A stretch of DNA of 64,000 nt. Source: Patescibacteria group bacterium. GTDB taxonomy: Bacteria; Patescibacteriota; Patescibacteriia; UBA10025; JBIOWE01. The stretch's first letter is position 1. The number at the start of each line of letters is the position of its first letter. The translations under genes were made by a program, and so were the position numbers. A model generated the notes under the pieces. The model saw only the letters and a program-made list of their open reading frames with translations, was not told the DNA's origin and did not search any database. The stretch spans positions 78,558-142,557 of the forward strand of contig JBIOWE010000006.1 in the NCBI GenBank assembly GCA_044868145.1, given 5' to 3'. Positions 53,809-61,472 of this stretch are shown piece after piece.

Positions 53809-53845
53809 AAAACCAGTAATCGGGGTTCGAATTCCTGTGGCCCCG
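53809..53845 (+). pseudogene. 3' half of the split tRNA-Trp-like gene (AAA of anticodon loop + ACCAG stem + T-arm + acceptor TGGCCCC)
   Basis: AAAACCAGTAATCGGGGTTCGAATTCCTGTGGCCCCG pairs with the 53574 half: acceptor GGGGCTA/TGGCCCC (one G-U), anticodon stem CTGGT/ACCAG. Confidence 0.5.
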
Positions 53846-53911
53846 TATCAATAAAACAATTGTTTATACGTATGAACTTAATTCGTCCTTAACATTAGCA
53901 ATGAACACAAT

Positions 53912-54337
53912 ATGAAAACAGCAATCGTCGTTATCGTCATCGTCGTGGTGGTCGGCCTCGGCGCATGGTATTTTTTAAGCCAGGACAAGGGTTTGTACTC
54001 AAACTCAAACACCACGACCAACACGGTATCGGGAAACACGAACGGAGTGCAAACCACGTTTGACAAACAAATGAGCATTAATGAGTATGCATTTTCGCCC
54101 AACACAGTGACGGTCGGCCTTGGGGAGACAGTTCGTCTTCTTGTGAAAAACAATGGATCGACTGACCACAACTTTATCGTTGACGAGCTGGGTGTGAGCT
54201 CCGGCTCGATCGCCCCGGGCAAGGAAAAAGTCGTGACAATCAACGGTTCAAAGGTGGGCACGTTTAAGTTCTATTGTGGTATTGATTCGCATCGAGGGCT
54301 GGGTCTCGAGGGTACCGTCACCGTTACGGCTCAATAG
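53912..54337 (+). CDS. membrane-anchored cupredoxin (plastocyanin/azurin-like blue-copper domain)
   Basis: N-terminal TM; Cu-ligand pattern H(NF)...C(GIDS)H(RG)...; TVTVTA beta-strands. Confidence 0.65.
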   Translation: MKTAIVVIVIVVVVGLGAWYFLSQDKGLYSNSNTTTNTVSGNTNGVQTTFDKQMSINEYAFSPNTVTVGLGETVRLLVKNNGSTDHNFIVDELGVSSGSIAPGKEKVVTINGSKVGTFKFYCGIDSHRGLGLEGTVTVTAQ

Positions 54338-54358
54338 ATTAGACGAGAAAATTTTTGT

Positions 54359-54781
54359 ATGACGCGAACAGTGAAGGTTCGTCAAAAAATTAACGACGAA
54401 CGTATTAAATTGCAAACTGGTAAGTCGCTTGCCGAATGGTCCCGCATCTTGAATACATGGGGTGCTCCAAAAAAGGGTCATACTGCAACTGCGAAATATC
54501 TCTTCGAGAAGTATAAGATTGGACCCTGGTGGTCGCAAGCGGTAACTGTCGAATACGAGTACGCCCATGGTTTACGCAGCGAGACACATACGATTCCTGC
54601 GGATTTTCTCAAGGCGCTAAAAGCCAACCAAAAAGCGCAGAAGATTTTCGACTCGCTTCCGCCATCGCACAAGAAAGAATACATTGAGTGGATAGTCGAA
54701 GCAAAGAGGCCGGAAACTCGATTGGCGCATATCCGGAAGAGCATTAGCAGATTACTTCAATGGAAAAAAGAACCACGTTAG
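54359..54781 (+). CDS. DUF4287 + YdeI/OmpD-associated domain protein
   Basis: N-half LQTGKSLAEWSRILNTWG..KKGH...LFEKYKIGPWWSQ; C-half LPPSHKKEYIEWIVEAKRPETRLAHI. Confidence 0.55.
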   Translation: MTRTVKVRQKINDERIKLQTGKSLAEWSRILNTWGAPKKGHTATAKYLFEKYKIGPWWSQAVTVEYEYAHGLRSETHTIPADFLKALKANQKAQKIFDSLPPSHKKEYIEWIVEAKRPETRLAHIRKSISRLLQWKKEPR

Positions 54782-55338
54782 ACAAAGCGACATTTGCCGG
54801 TGGTTGCTTCTGGTGCACAGAAGCGGTTTTCACGAGGTTAAAAGGCGTTGAAAGCGTTCTGCCTGGGTATGCTGGCGGCGACATGGAGAACCCATCATAC
54901 GAAGCCGTAAGCGCCGGCCAATCAGGTCATGCAGAGGCAATACAGCTTGCGTTTGATTCTTCGGTTATCCCGTATGAGAGATTACTTGATGTTTTCTTCG
55001 CCACACATAATCCAACCACGCTGAACCGGCAGGGGAATGACATTGGCGAACAATATCGCTCCGTTATTTTTTATCATTCAGACGCGCAGCGCAAAATAGC
55101 AGAAGCAACAAAAGCGCGATTAGAGCAAGAAAAAACATTTAAGAGTAAGATCGTTACGGAAATCGTGCCTTTTACGAATTTCTATCAGGCAGAAGAGTAC
55201 CACAGAGACTATTACGCAAAAAATCCTGATAAAGCTTACTGTCAAGCGATCATCAGCCCAAAGGTGGCGAAGCTGCGACAAAAATTCTCGAAATACTTGA
55301 AGGAGAATTCTTTATCAATACCAATCAGAAAGGTATGA
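54760..55338 (+). CDS. msrA: peptide-methionine (S)-S-oxide reductase
   Basis: ATFAGGCFWC active site; conserved MsrA. Confidence 0.93.
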   Translation: MEKRTTLDKATFAGGCFWCTEAVFTRLKGVESVLPGYAGGDMENPSYEAVSAGQSGHAEAIQLAFDSSVIPYERLLDVFFATHNPTTLNRQGNDIGEQYRSVIFYHSDAQRKIAEATKARLEQEKTFKSKIVTEIVPFTNFYQAEEYHRDYYAKNPDKAYCQAIISPKVAKLRQKFSKYLKENSLSIPIRKV

Positions 55339-56525
55339 GAAATCCCGAACGCCTCGGATCACCGATTGAAGAAGAGGTCTCATCTGACAGTGCAGAGCCT
55401 AAGGGAAGCATTGAGATTCAAAAAGGATCAGCTGAATTGCCCAGAGAACCGGAGCATGTAGAATCGACCAAGGAGAAGAAAGGTTTCCTCGAACAACTTC
55501 GTACATACCCCGCAATCCGTCCCATCGTCATTGGATTGGCACTGGAGATCGGTGCCCTCGCTTGGCACGTCAAGCAGAAATTTCAGGAGAAGGGAGAAAT
55601 TGAGCAGCTTGCAACATCAGTCAAGACAGAACTATCGAATATCGAGTACCTTAAAGAGAGGGGGGAACGTTTAAGGGAACTCTTTGGAAACAATTTACCG
55701 TTCTCCTTGGACGTTGCGGGACAGCTTGAGGCGCTTCAGGGGGGCGAGGAGCAAGTTCGAACGTTGGAGAAAAGTTTTAGCTGGTTTAAGGAAAAGAGGC
55801 CGATTCTCGCAGAACCGAGCGAATTGTTAGAGCCTCCCCCTTCATCAGAAGAACGCGAACAGGCGGGTGTTAAAGTCAACGATTTCGTACTACACCCTGA
55901 ATATTACGAAGTGGGTAAGGTCGAGCAACGGATCGATAGCGCGACCGTGGATCGTATCCTCGCCGAGACGTACCCGAAGGGTTGGATACGTGGGGAAGTC
56001 GCGTCGGTCGAGCAGTTGCCGGACACCCAACTGATGGGAGACAGGTATGGATTGGGAAAAGATGCAGAGTCGGTCGCTACGCACTATAAGGGGGGGGAAG
56101 GTGGGAAATCGAAAATCGTTTTCCACGGCATTTCGAAACAAGGCTACAGCGCAAATGAGATCTTCGGGATACTCGCTCACGAGCTTGGACATGCCAACGA
56201 TTGGTCAGGGGACAATGAGATGAACCGGGAGGAGAAGATGGATCTCCTGCTTCACGTTGGGGATCGATTGGACGACGAGGATCGATACTACTCCAGTTAC
56301 GTCGAGGCAATCCAAAATGATGACGAGCAGCGCGAACGATACCTGAAAGCGAGCGAGTATTGGGCAGAGATATGCGAGGCGTATTTTTCTGACCCCGGGA
56401 ACATGAACTATACAGACTACGCACTCGTTGAAGAACACCTGAAGAAACAAGACCCGAATTTCAATCGCGACCGGGCAATGAAATTGCGATTTGAACTCCT
56501 CCAGTCATCTCTCAGTAACCCCTAA
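55335..56525 (+). CDS. putative zinc metallopeptidase (HExxH)
   Basis: 396 aa; GILAHELGHANDW (HExxH) with downstream EAY; no other domain recognised. Confidence 0.5.
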   Translation: MRNPERLGSPIEEEVSSDSAEPKGSIEIQKGSAELPREPEHVESTKEKKGFLEQLRTYPAIRPIVIGLALEIGALAWHVKQKFQEKGEIEQLATSVKTELSNIEYLKERGERLRELFGNNLPFSLDVAGQLEALQGGEEQVRTLEKSFSWFKEKRPILAEPSELLEPPPSSEEREQAGVKVNDFVLHPEYYEVGKVEQRIDSATVDRILAETYPKGWIRGEVASVEQLPDTQLMGDRYGLGKDAESVATHYKGGEGGKSKIVFHGISKQGYSANEIFGILAHELGHANDWSGDNEMNREEKMDLLLHVGDRLDDEDRYYSSYVEAIQNDDEQRERYLKASEYWAEICEAYFSDPGNMNYTDYALVEEHLKKQDPNFNRDRAMKLRFELLQSSLSNP

Positions 56526-56529
56526 ACCA

Positions 56530-56952
56530 ATGACCACGGACATTTACCGAGGCACAACGCATTTAGGAACTCTCCAAGTTGATGAGAGTGGGTACACACT
56601 GAAGCCTATATCCGACTCCACGTTGAAGGCCCTTCTCGATCGTTCATTCAGAGAAGGAGTTCATCGTTTCCGCGACGTTCACGACGAAAATAGGCAGATC
56701 ATTGTTCGCGAGCCGATCAAACCTGAACATCCCGGTTTCCCGCTCGCCCTCTTTGAGTGGCTCCGGAGTCAAGGACTCGACGTTCGAATCCGTCACCCAG
56801 AAGTTGACGAAGAGATCCGTTTACTTCTTGCGAAGTTGCCAGACAATCAACTAATCAAGGGGCAGGTTCTTCAACAGCTATCATCGATGAATTACCTCGA
56901 GAAGACATTTATTATTGAGAAACTGAAGGAAAAATTTGGTCTGCCTAAGTGA
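56530..56952 (+). CDS. hypothetical protein
   Basis: 140 aa from ATG 56530, 4 nt after the upstream stop. Confidence 0.45.
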   Translation: MTTDIYRGTTHLGTLQVDESGYTLKPISDSTLKALLDRSFREGVHRFRDVHDENRQIIVREPIKPEHPGFPLALFEWLRSQGLDVRIRHPEVDEEIRLLLAKLPDNQLIKGQVLQQLSSMNYLEKTFIIEKLKEKFGLPK

Positions 56953-56964
56953 AAGGGAATAATC

Positions 56965-57354
56965 ATGGATAAAACATCAATCGACGACATGAAGAAAAAG
57001 CTCACCCCCGAGCAGTACAACGTCTGCTTCCTCAAAGGCACGGAACCGCCGGGGAGCGGGAAATGGCTGCACAACAAAGCAAAGGGGATGTACGTTTGCG
57101 TTGCCTGCGGCCAGGAGTTGTTCAGGTCGGACACGAAGTTCGATTCCCGTACGGGCTGGCCATCGTTTTGGGACCCAGTGAACAATGCGAACGTGAAGAC
57201 CGAGGAGGACTACTCGCTCGGGGCACGTCGGCTCGAGGTATTGTGCAGCAACTGTGGCAGCCACCTTGGCCACGTATTTGATGACGGGCCAGAGCCGACT
57301 GGGAAGCGCTATTGCATTAATTCGCTTGCCTTAGACTTTCAACCCAAGCAGTAA
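56965..57354 (+). CDS. msrB: peptide-methionine (R)-S-oxide reductase
   Basis: CVACGQELF...CSNCGSHLGHVFDDGP..TGKRYCINS (two CxxC pairs + catalytic Cys). Confidence 0.93.
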   Translation: MDKTSIDDMKKKLTPEQYNVCFLKGTEPPGSGKWLHNKAKGMYVCVACGQELFRSDTKFDSRTGWPSFWDPVNNANVKTEEDYSLGARRLEVLCSNCGSHLGHVFDDGPEPTGKRYCINSLALDFQPKQ

Positions 57355-57360
57355 ACAGCA

Positions 57361-57391
57361 AAAGCTCCGTTCAAATCGCGGAGCTTTTTTG
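57361..57391 (+). terminator. rho-independent terminator after msrB
   Basis: AAGCTCCG-ttcaaatcg-CGGAGCTT followed by TTTTTTGATT. Confidence 0.75.
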
Positions 57392-57401
57392 ATTGAGTGA
57401 G

Positions 57402-57623
57402 CTATTCATCGAGTGGCTCGATGGTGAACGAACTGCTTCCGACTTTTTGCAAGCCGTTCATTCTCGTCGTCAAGAAATTCCGTGTTTCAATCCACGCAGA
57501 ACTCATTGCCAATACTTCTTCCGCAGTTTTTTCCTCTTCCCACTCGAATGTGAGTAGGTCAAAATACTTTCCGTCTACAACCGCATCAGACATTGCAAGT
57601 TTGAATTTACATGACATTCTCAT
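57402..57623 (-). CDS. possible small hypothetical protein (73 aa)
   Basis: ORF only; no similarity recognised. Confidence 0.2.
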   Translation of the reverse strand: MRMSCKFKLAMSDAVVDGKYFDLLTFEWEEEKTAEEVLAMSSAWIETRNFLTTRMNGLQKVGSSSFTIEPLDE

Positions 57624-57709
57624 GGTCCCTCCTTGCTGTTTTTTTCAGATTAACCTGCTGCTGAGTATTTGTCAAGGGCAAAGGCAAAAAAGCGCAAACA
57701 TATCGCGAA

Positions 57710-57738
57710 TTGACGGGGATGTTTCCCCGTGGTACAAT
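57710..57738 (+). promoter_or_regulatory. promoter TTGACG-17-TACAAT for ftsB; spacer contains the palindrome CGGGGAtgtttCCCCG
   Basis: Read from sequence. Confidence 0.55.
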
Positions 57739-57768
57739 AGCAATACTTTATGAACGTGGAGATACGAA

Positions 57769-58188
57769 ATGCCTCAAGAACAGAGACAATCTTTTTTTTC
57801 TCGGCTCGCGTACTCTCGGCTCCTCCTGATTTTGGAAATCGTCATCCTTGTTCTTATCGGCGTTTCGTTCGGCCAAGAAACAGTCCGTAAATATCAAGTT
57901 GAGCACGAAATTAAAAAATTACAGGAACAGGTAGACACGTTGGAGCATCGGAATACGGAACTGGCGCAACTGATCGATTATTTTCAGAGCGATCAGTATA
58001 AGGAGAGGCAGGCGCGGACTAGACTTGGGCTTGTCAAAGAAGGTGAAAGTATTTTGGTTGTGCCAGGCGTCAGCGGAAGCGAGCCGGGCGGCCTTATTCA
58101 AGAGACCGCTAATTCGTCTCGAGCCGTATCTGCCTCGAATCCTCAAAAATGGTGGAATTACTTTTTCGAAAAAAAGATTGATTCATAA
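57769..58188 (+). CDS. ftsB: septum formation initiator FtsB/DivIC-like
   Basis: N-terminal TM then coiled coil IKKLQEQVDTLEHRNTELAQLIDYFQSDQYKERQAR..LGLVKEGE. Confidence 0.75.
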   Translation: MPQEQRQSFFSRLAYSRLLLILEIVILVLIGVSFGQETVRKYQVEHEIKKLQEQVDTLEHRNTELAQLIDYFQSDQYKERQARTRLGLVKEGESILVVPGVSGSEPGGLIQETANSSRAVSASNPQKWWNYFFEKKIDS

Positions 58189-58205
58189 TAAACAACATTC
58201 ACTAT

Positions 58206-59270
58206 ATGCCAACGAAAAAAACTCAGGCAGAAGCGGTGAAGGCTTTATTGGAAGATCCAAAAACAACTGAGGCAAAAAAACAACCGACTCGTTTGCCCGC
58301 AAAAAGATTAGTCCTTTTTGTTTTGCTTGTTCTCGCGAGTCTTGTTGTCGGCACGCTGATCGTGTTCGCCATGGGCATTTACGATTTTCAGTGGCGCGGC
58401 AGCGTGACTCGAGCGGCCATTGGCGTTGTTCCGTATCCCGCGGCGATCGTGAACGTGAGCATCGTGCCCTACAGTACGTTTCTTGATGATGTAGACACGT
58501 TGAACTTTTTTTATGCTGCGCAGCAAACATTGAATCCCGGCGTCCAGGCACCTTCGGAACAAGAACTCCGTCAAATAGTTCTGACACGCATGATCAAGGA
58601 TATTCTAATGCGCAAGAAGGCCCAAGCCTACGGTGTGAGCATTTCGCAAGCGGACGTTGATAAAGAGTTTCAATCAATTGTGAGCCAGGCCGGATCCGTT
58701 GAAGAGGTACGGCAAACGTTGACGACTCTTTATAATTGGGACGAGAAAACGTTCAAAGATAAAGTCTTGCTGCCGTTTCTCCTCAGCCGTGCCTTGGAAG
58801 AAAAACTTGCATACGATCCGCAATTGAATAAAGATGCAAAGCAAAAAGCGGAAGAGGTGCTCGCCAAGCTTCAAGCCGGCGGGGTGACCTTTGAAGATCT
58901 CGCACGTCAATACAGCGAAGACGTTACTGCAAGCTCCGACGGTGATTTAGGGTTTGTACAAAAAGGGGATTTAGTCCCGGAATTTGAGGACGCGATGCTC
59001 AAATTGAAAGAAGGCGAAACATCGGGAATTGTCCAGACACGTTACGGATTCCACATCATTAAGCTCGTGAAAATCGTGCCGGCGACCGATACGAAGCCGG
59101 AGCAATATAGCGTCAAGCATATTTTATTGAAAGCAAAAAGTCTTGACACGTGGCTCCAGGAAGAACTCGCGCGAACGAGAGTGCTCGTTGCCGTTCAGGG
59201 ATACTATTGGGCAGCTTCATGCGACCAGGTTCTGTTGAAAGGTGAACAATGTCCGAGTGCGTCGGGTTAG
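58206..59270 (+). CDS. PpiC-type peptidyl-prolyl cis-trans isomerase (PrsA/SurA-like), membrane-anchored
   Basis: Parvulin domain VKHILLKAKS ... GDLGFVQKGDLVPEFEDAMLKLKEGETSGIVQTRYGFHIIKL. Confidence 0.85.
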   Translation: MPTKKTQAEAVKALLEDPKTTEAKKQPTRLPAKRLVLFVLLVLASLVVGTLIVFAMGIYDFQWRGSVTRAAIGVVPYPAAIVNVSIVPYSTFLDDVDTLNFFYAAQQTLNPGVQAPSEQELRQIVLTRMIKDILMRKKAQAYGVSISQADVDKEFQSIVSQAGSVEEVRQTLTTLYNWDEKTFKDKVLLPFLLSRALEEKLAYDPQLNKDAKQKAEEVLAKLQAGGVTFEDLARQYSEDVTASSDGDLGFVQKGDLVPEFEDAMLKLKEGETSGIVQTRYGFHIIKLVKIVPATDTKPEQYSVKHILLKAKSLDTWLQEELARTRVLVAVQGYYWAASCDQVLLKGEQCPSASG

Positions 59271-59302
59271 GACGTTGTGTTATTAAAAACCCAAAAGCCA
59301 CT

Positions 59303-59330
59303 GGCCCCGCCGATGGCGGGGCGACCTCGT
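59303..59330. terminator. bidirectional terminator hairpin (GGCCCCGCC-gatg-GCGGGGCGACC)
   Basis: Between convergent ppiC-like gene and tRNA-Thr(CGT). Confidence 0.55.
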
Positions 59331-59335
59331 ACCGT

Positions 59336-59411
59336 GGAGCCACTGGTCGGAGTTGAACCGACAACCTCTCCCTTACGAAGGGATTGCTCTGCCAGTTGAG
59401 CTACAGTGGCG
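59336..59411 (-). tRNA. tRNA-Thr (anticodon CGT)
   Basis: Reverse complement: acceptor GCCACTG/CAGTGGC, anticodon stem ATCCC/GGGAG (one A.G), loop ttCGTaa, T-arm GTCGG-TTCAACT-CCGAC, CCA encoded. Confidence 0.85.
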
Positions 59412-59416
59412 TGACT

Positions 59417-59432
59417 TTGGAGCGGGATACCC
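59417..59432. repeat. 16-nt direct repeat TTTGGAGCGGGATACC, copy 1, embedded in a near-palindrome
   Basis: Identical 16-mer recurs at 59726-59741; the two copies bracket the GIY-YIG gene. Confidence 0.7.
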
Positions 59433-59446
59433 GCCCAAATTTTCTC

Positions 59447-59710
59447 CTACTGCCTTACTAATGCTAAACTATTTCTTATATGTTTCTTTACGAAATTGCG
59501 ACCCCATCCTGTTTTAAAATATTTTTCTCGTTCGCGCGCATCGGATTCTGCTAGGAACGCTTCATAATAGAGAAGTTTGAACGGAGTCCGCAGTTTTGTC
59601 GAAAATACTTTACCCGCGCGGTGTTTGTTAAGACGCTTCTTCAAATCATTCGTAAATCCGGTGTATAATTTATTATCTCTGGTACTGTACAGAATGTAAA
59701 CATAGTACAT
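59447..59710 (-). CDS. GIY-YIG nuclease superfamily protein (87 aa)
   Basis: MYYVYILYSTRDNKLYTGFTNDLKKRLNKHRAG...KLLYYEAF...REKYFK..GRNFV matches the GIY-YIG core; the longer 248-aa ORF extension is antisense to neighbouring features. Confidence 0.8.
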   Translation of the reverse strand: MYYVYILYSTRDNKLYTGFTNDLKKRLNKHRAGKVFSTKLRTPFKLLYYEAFLAESDAREREKYFKTGWGRNFVKKHIRNSLALVRQ

Positions 59711-59725
59711 AAAGGAGTCCGAAAA

Positions 59726-59741
59726 TTTGGAGCGGGATACC
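59726..59741. repeat. 16-nt direct repeat TTTGGAGCGGGATACC, copy 2
   Basis: See copy 1. Confidence 0.7.
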
Positions 59742-59766
59742 GGAATCCCTGCCCGCCCTCGCCTTT

Positions 59767-59837
59767 GCGGGTGTAGTATAGCGGCAGTACGCTTGCTTCC
59801 CAAGCAAGAAGAGGCGGTTCGACTCCGCTCATCCGCT
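59767..59837 (+). tRNA. tRNA-Gly (anticodon CCC)
   Basis: Acceptor GCGGGTG/CATCCGC (one G-U), anticodon stem CTTGC/GCAAG, loop ttCCCaa, T-arm GGCGG-TTCGACT-CCGCT, discriminator U. Confidence 0.8.
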
Positions 59838-59862
59838 CGGGCGAAGGCAGGCGGGGAACCGG

Positions 59863-59911
59863 CGCAACAACCTTGGGAAGGTTGTGTACTACCACTATAC
59901 GAATCCCGCAA
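59863..59911 (-). pseudogene. inverted partial tRNA-Gly(CCC)-like copy (5' half intact, 3' half degenerate)
   Basis: Reverse complement GCGGGATTCGTATAGTGGTAGTACACAACCTTCCCAAGGTTG has acceptor, D-arm and CCC anticodon arm but no valid T-arm/acceptor 3' strand. Confidence 0.4.
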
Positions 59912-59939
59912 CATTGTAACATACACTACTGTATCGAAT

Positions 59940-61469
59940 ATGCGTAAAATCGTCAACATATTTTTTTCACTCATCCTGCTCGGCACGTATTTCTTTGCGC
60001 CATTGAACGCACAGGCGTACGATGATCCGCTGCGACTCCGTTTCGCCATGGAGGCCATCCAACATGGGTACACAGCGGAATATCGCAATGCGGATTTTCG
60101 TTTGGCCGTCATGCCCAATCTAGTGAACGAAGCAATTACGCTTGAGATGAAACAGTTTGATGGTGCCGCTGAACTACCATTGCTGGACGGCAAGAAGCTG
60201 GTGAGCGACTACTTTATTTACGATATTTTAAGCCAGGCGGGTAACAACCCCATAGCTTTGAACCGCCCGCTCATTCTTGCGGTTCGTTTTCAATCCGACA
60301 CGCTTTATCGAAAAGTGATCCATTACTGGGCGAGTAACAAGCAACAATGGATACCGCTTCCTTCCACCACAGACTACACCGGCCGCTATGTTCGCGCGTA
60401 TTCCCATCTGCCTTTTTCTCGTATCGCGGTTTTTGAAGATCCGAATTCGTTTGAAGGCGTTGCGTCGTGGTACAGAGATTCCCGTTACCCGTATGGAGCT
60501 GCGATTGATGCGTACCCGATCGGCACCAAGCTGCGCGTCACGAGCATTGAAAATAATATATCAATTATTGTTCAGGTAACGTCTCACGGGTTGAACGCCC
60601 CTGGACGAGTCATTGATCTGACCTCGAACGGTTTCAGCAAGCTCGCGCCGCTCTCGCAAGGGTTAACGCGCGTAAAAGTTGAACCGGTTGATGGACTTGT
60701 GCTTGGCCTGCAGGCGCCTGGGCCAGCCGCGCCTGCTATAGTTTCAAAAGCCGCTATTGCTATCAATGAAAAGACGGGCGCAATTTTGTACGTGAAAAAT
60801 AAGGATATGCGACTGCCCATGGCGAGTCTAACGAAAATCATGACCGCCACCGTTTTTTTGGAGATGAACATACCGTGGGATAAAGTCGTGACCTACCAGG
60901 CGCAAGATAATGCGATTGGCTCGAAGCTCTATGTCAATGTCGGCGATACGATGACCGTGAAGGATTTGTATTATACAAGCCTTGTTGGTTCAGCGAATAA
61001 CGCCACGAATGCGCTCGTGCGCTCTACAGGACTTTCGCGGGCGGATTTTGTTAACCGCATGAACGCTAAGGCGAGCGCGTGGGGACTGACGAATACGCAC
61101 TTTGCTGATGTAACTGGGCTGGATCCCGCAAACGTCACGACAGTCGGGGATTACGCCGTTCTCGCCACTCGCGCGTTGAAGGACTTTCGCCTTCTGCAGG
61201 GCACAACCACGCACAGTTACTCTTTTACCACAATCAATACTGGGGTGGCACATACCATTGTGAATAAAGACAAAATGGTGGACAGCTCCTGGTATATTTC
61301 TGGAACAAAAACTGGCTATCTTGACGAAGCGTTGTATTGTCTCATGACAAAAGCGCGTAAGGACAAGCTGTCCTCGCCGGACGTTATTACTGTCGTGCTC
61401 GGCAGCGGATCAGACGCTCAACGTTACGCGGAAACGAATGCGCTTATTCAGTACGCCCTAAGTAAGTAG
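59940..61469 (+). CDS. secreted RlpA-like (double-psi beta-barrel) domain / D-alanyl-D-alanine carboxypeptidase (peptidase S11) fusion protein
   Basis: ATG 59940 (MRKIVNIFFSLILLG signal); VASWYRDSRYPYGAAIDAYPIGTKLRVT..IIVQVTSHGLNAPGRVIDLTSNGFSKL = RlpA DPBB; ASLTK (SxxK) and SAN(N) motifs of the PBP5-type C-terminal domain. Confidence 0.8.
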   Translation: MRKIVNIFFSLILLGTYFFAPLNAQAYDDPLRLRFAMEAIQHGYTAEYRNADFRLAVMPNLVNEAITLEMKQFDGAAELPLLDGKKLVSDYFIYDILSQAGNNPIALNRPLILAVRFQSDTLYRKVIHYWASNKQQWIPLPSTTDYTGRYVRAYSHLPFSRIAVFEDPNSFEGVASWYRDSRYPYGAAIDAYPIGTKLRVTSIENNISIIVQVTSHGLNAPGRVIDLTSNGFSKLAPLSQGLTRVKVEPVDGLVLGLQAPGPAAPAIVSKAAIAINEKTGAILYVKNKDMRLPMASLTKIMTATVFLEMNIPWDKVVTYQAQDNAIGSKLYVNVGDTMTVKDLYYTSLVGSANNATNALVRSTGLSRADFVNRMNAKASAWGLTNTHFADVTGLDPANVTTVGDYAVLATRALKDFRLLQGTTTHSYSFTTINTGVAHTIVNKDKMVDSSWYISGTKTGYLDEALYCLMTKARKDKLSSPDVITVVLGSGSDAQRYAETNALIQYALSK

Positions 61470-61472
61470 GTC

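Noticed and set aside
53572-53892. 106-aa plus-strand ORF and 60-aa minus-strand ORF across the tRNA-Trp region
   Set aside because: The region is fully explained by tRNA-Trp and tRNA-derived repeats; the translations are Gly/Arg/Pro-rich artefacts.
59727-59939. N-terminal extension (MERDTG...) of the 580-aa ORF
   Set aside because: It spans the tRNA-Gly(CCC) gene. The true start is ATG 59940, giving a canonical signal peptide.
59447-60193. 248-aa minus-strand ORF
   Set aside because: Only the C-terminal 87 aa form a GIY-YIG domain. The N-terminal 160 aa run antisense through tRNA-Gly and the RlpA/DacA gene and are low-complexity.
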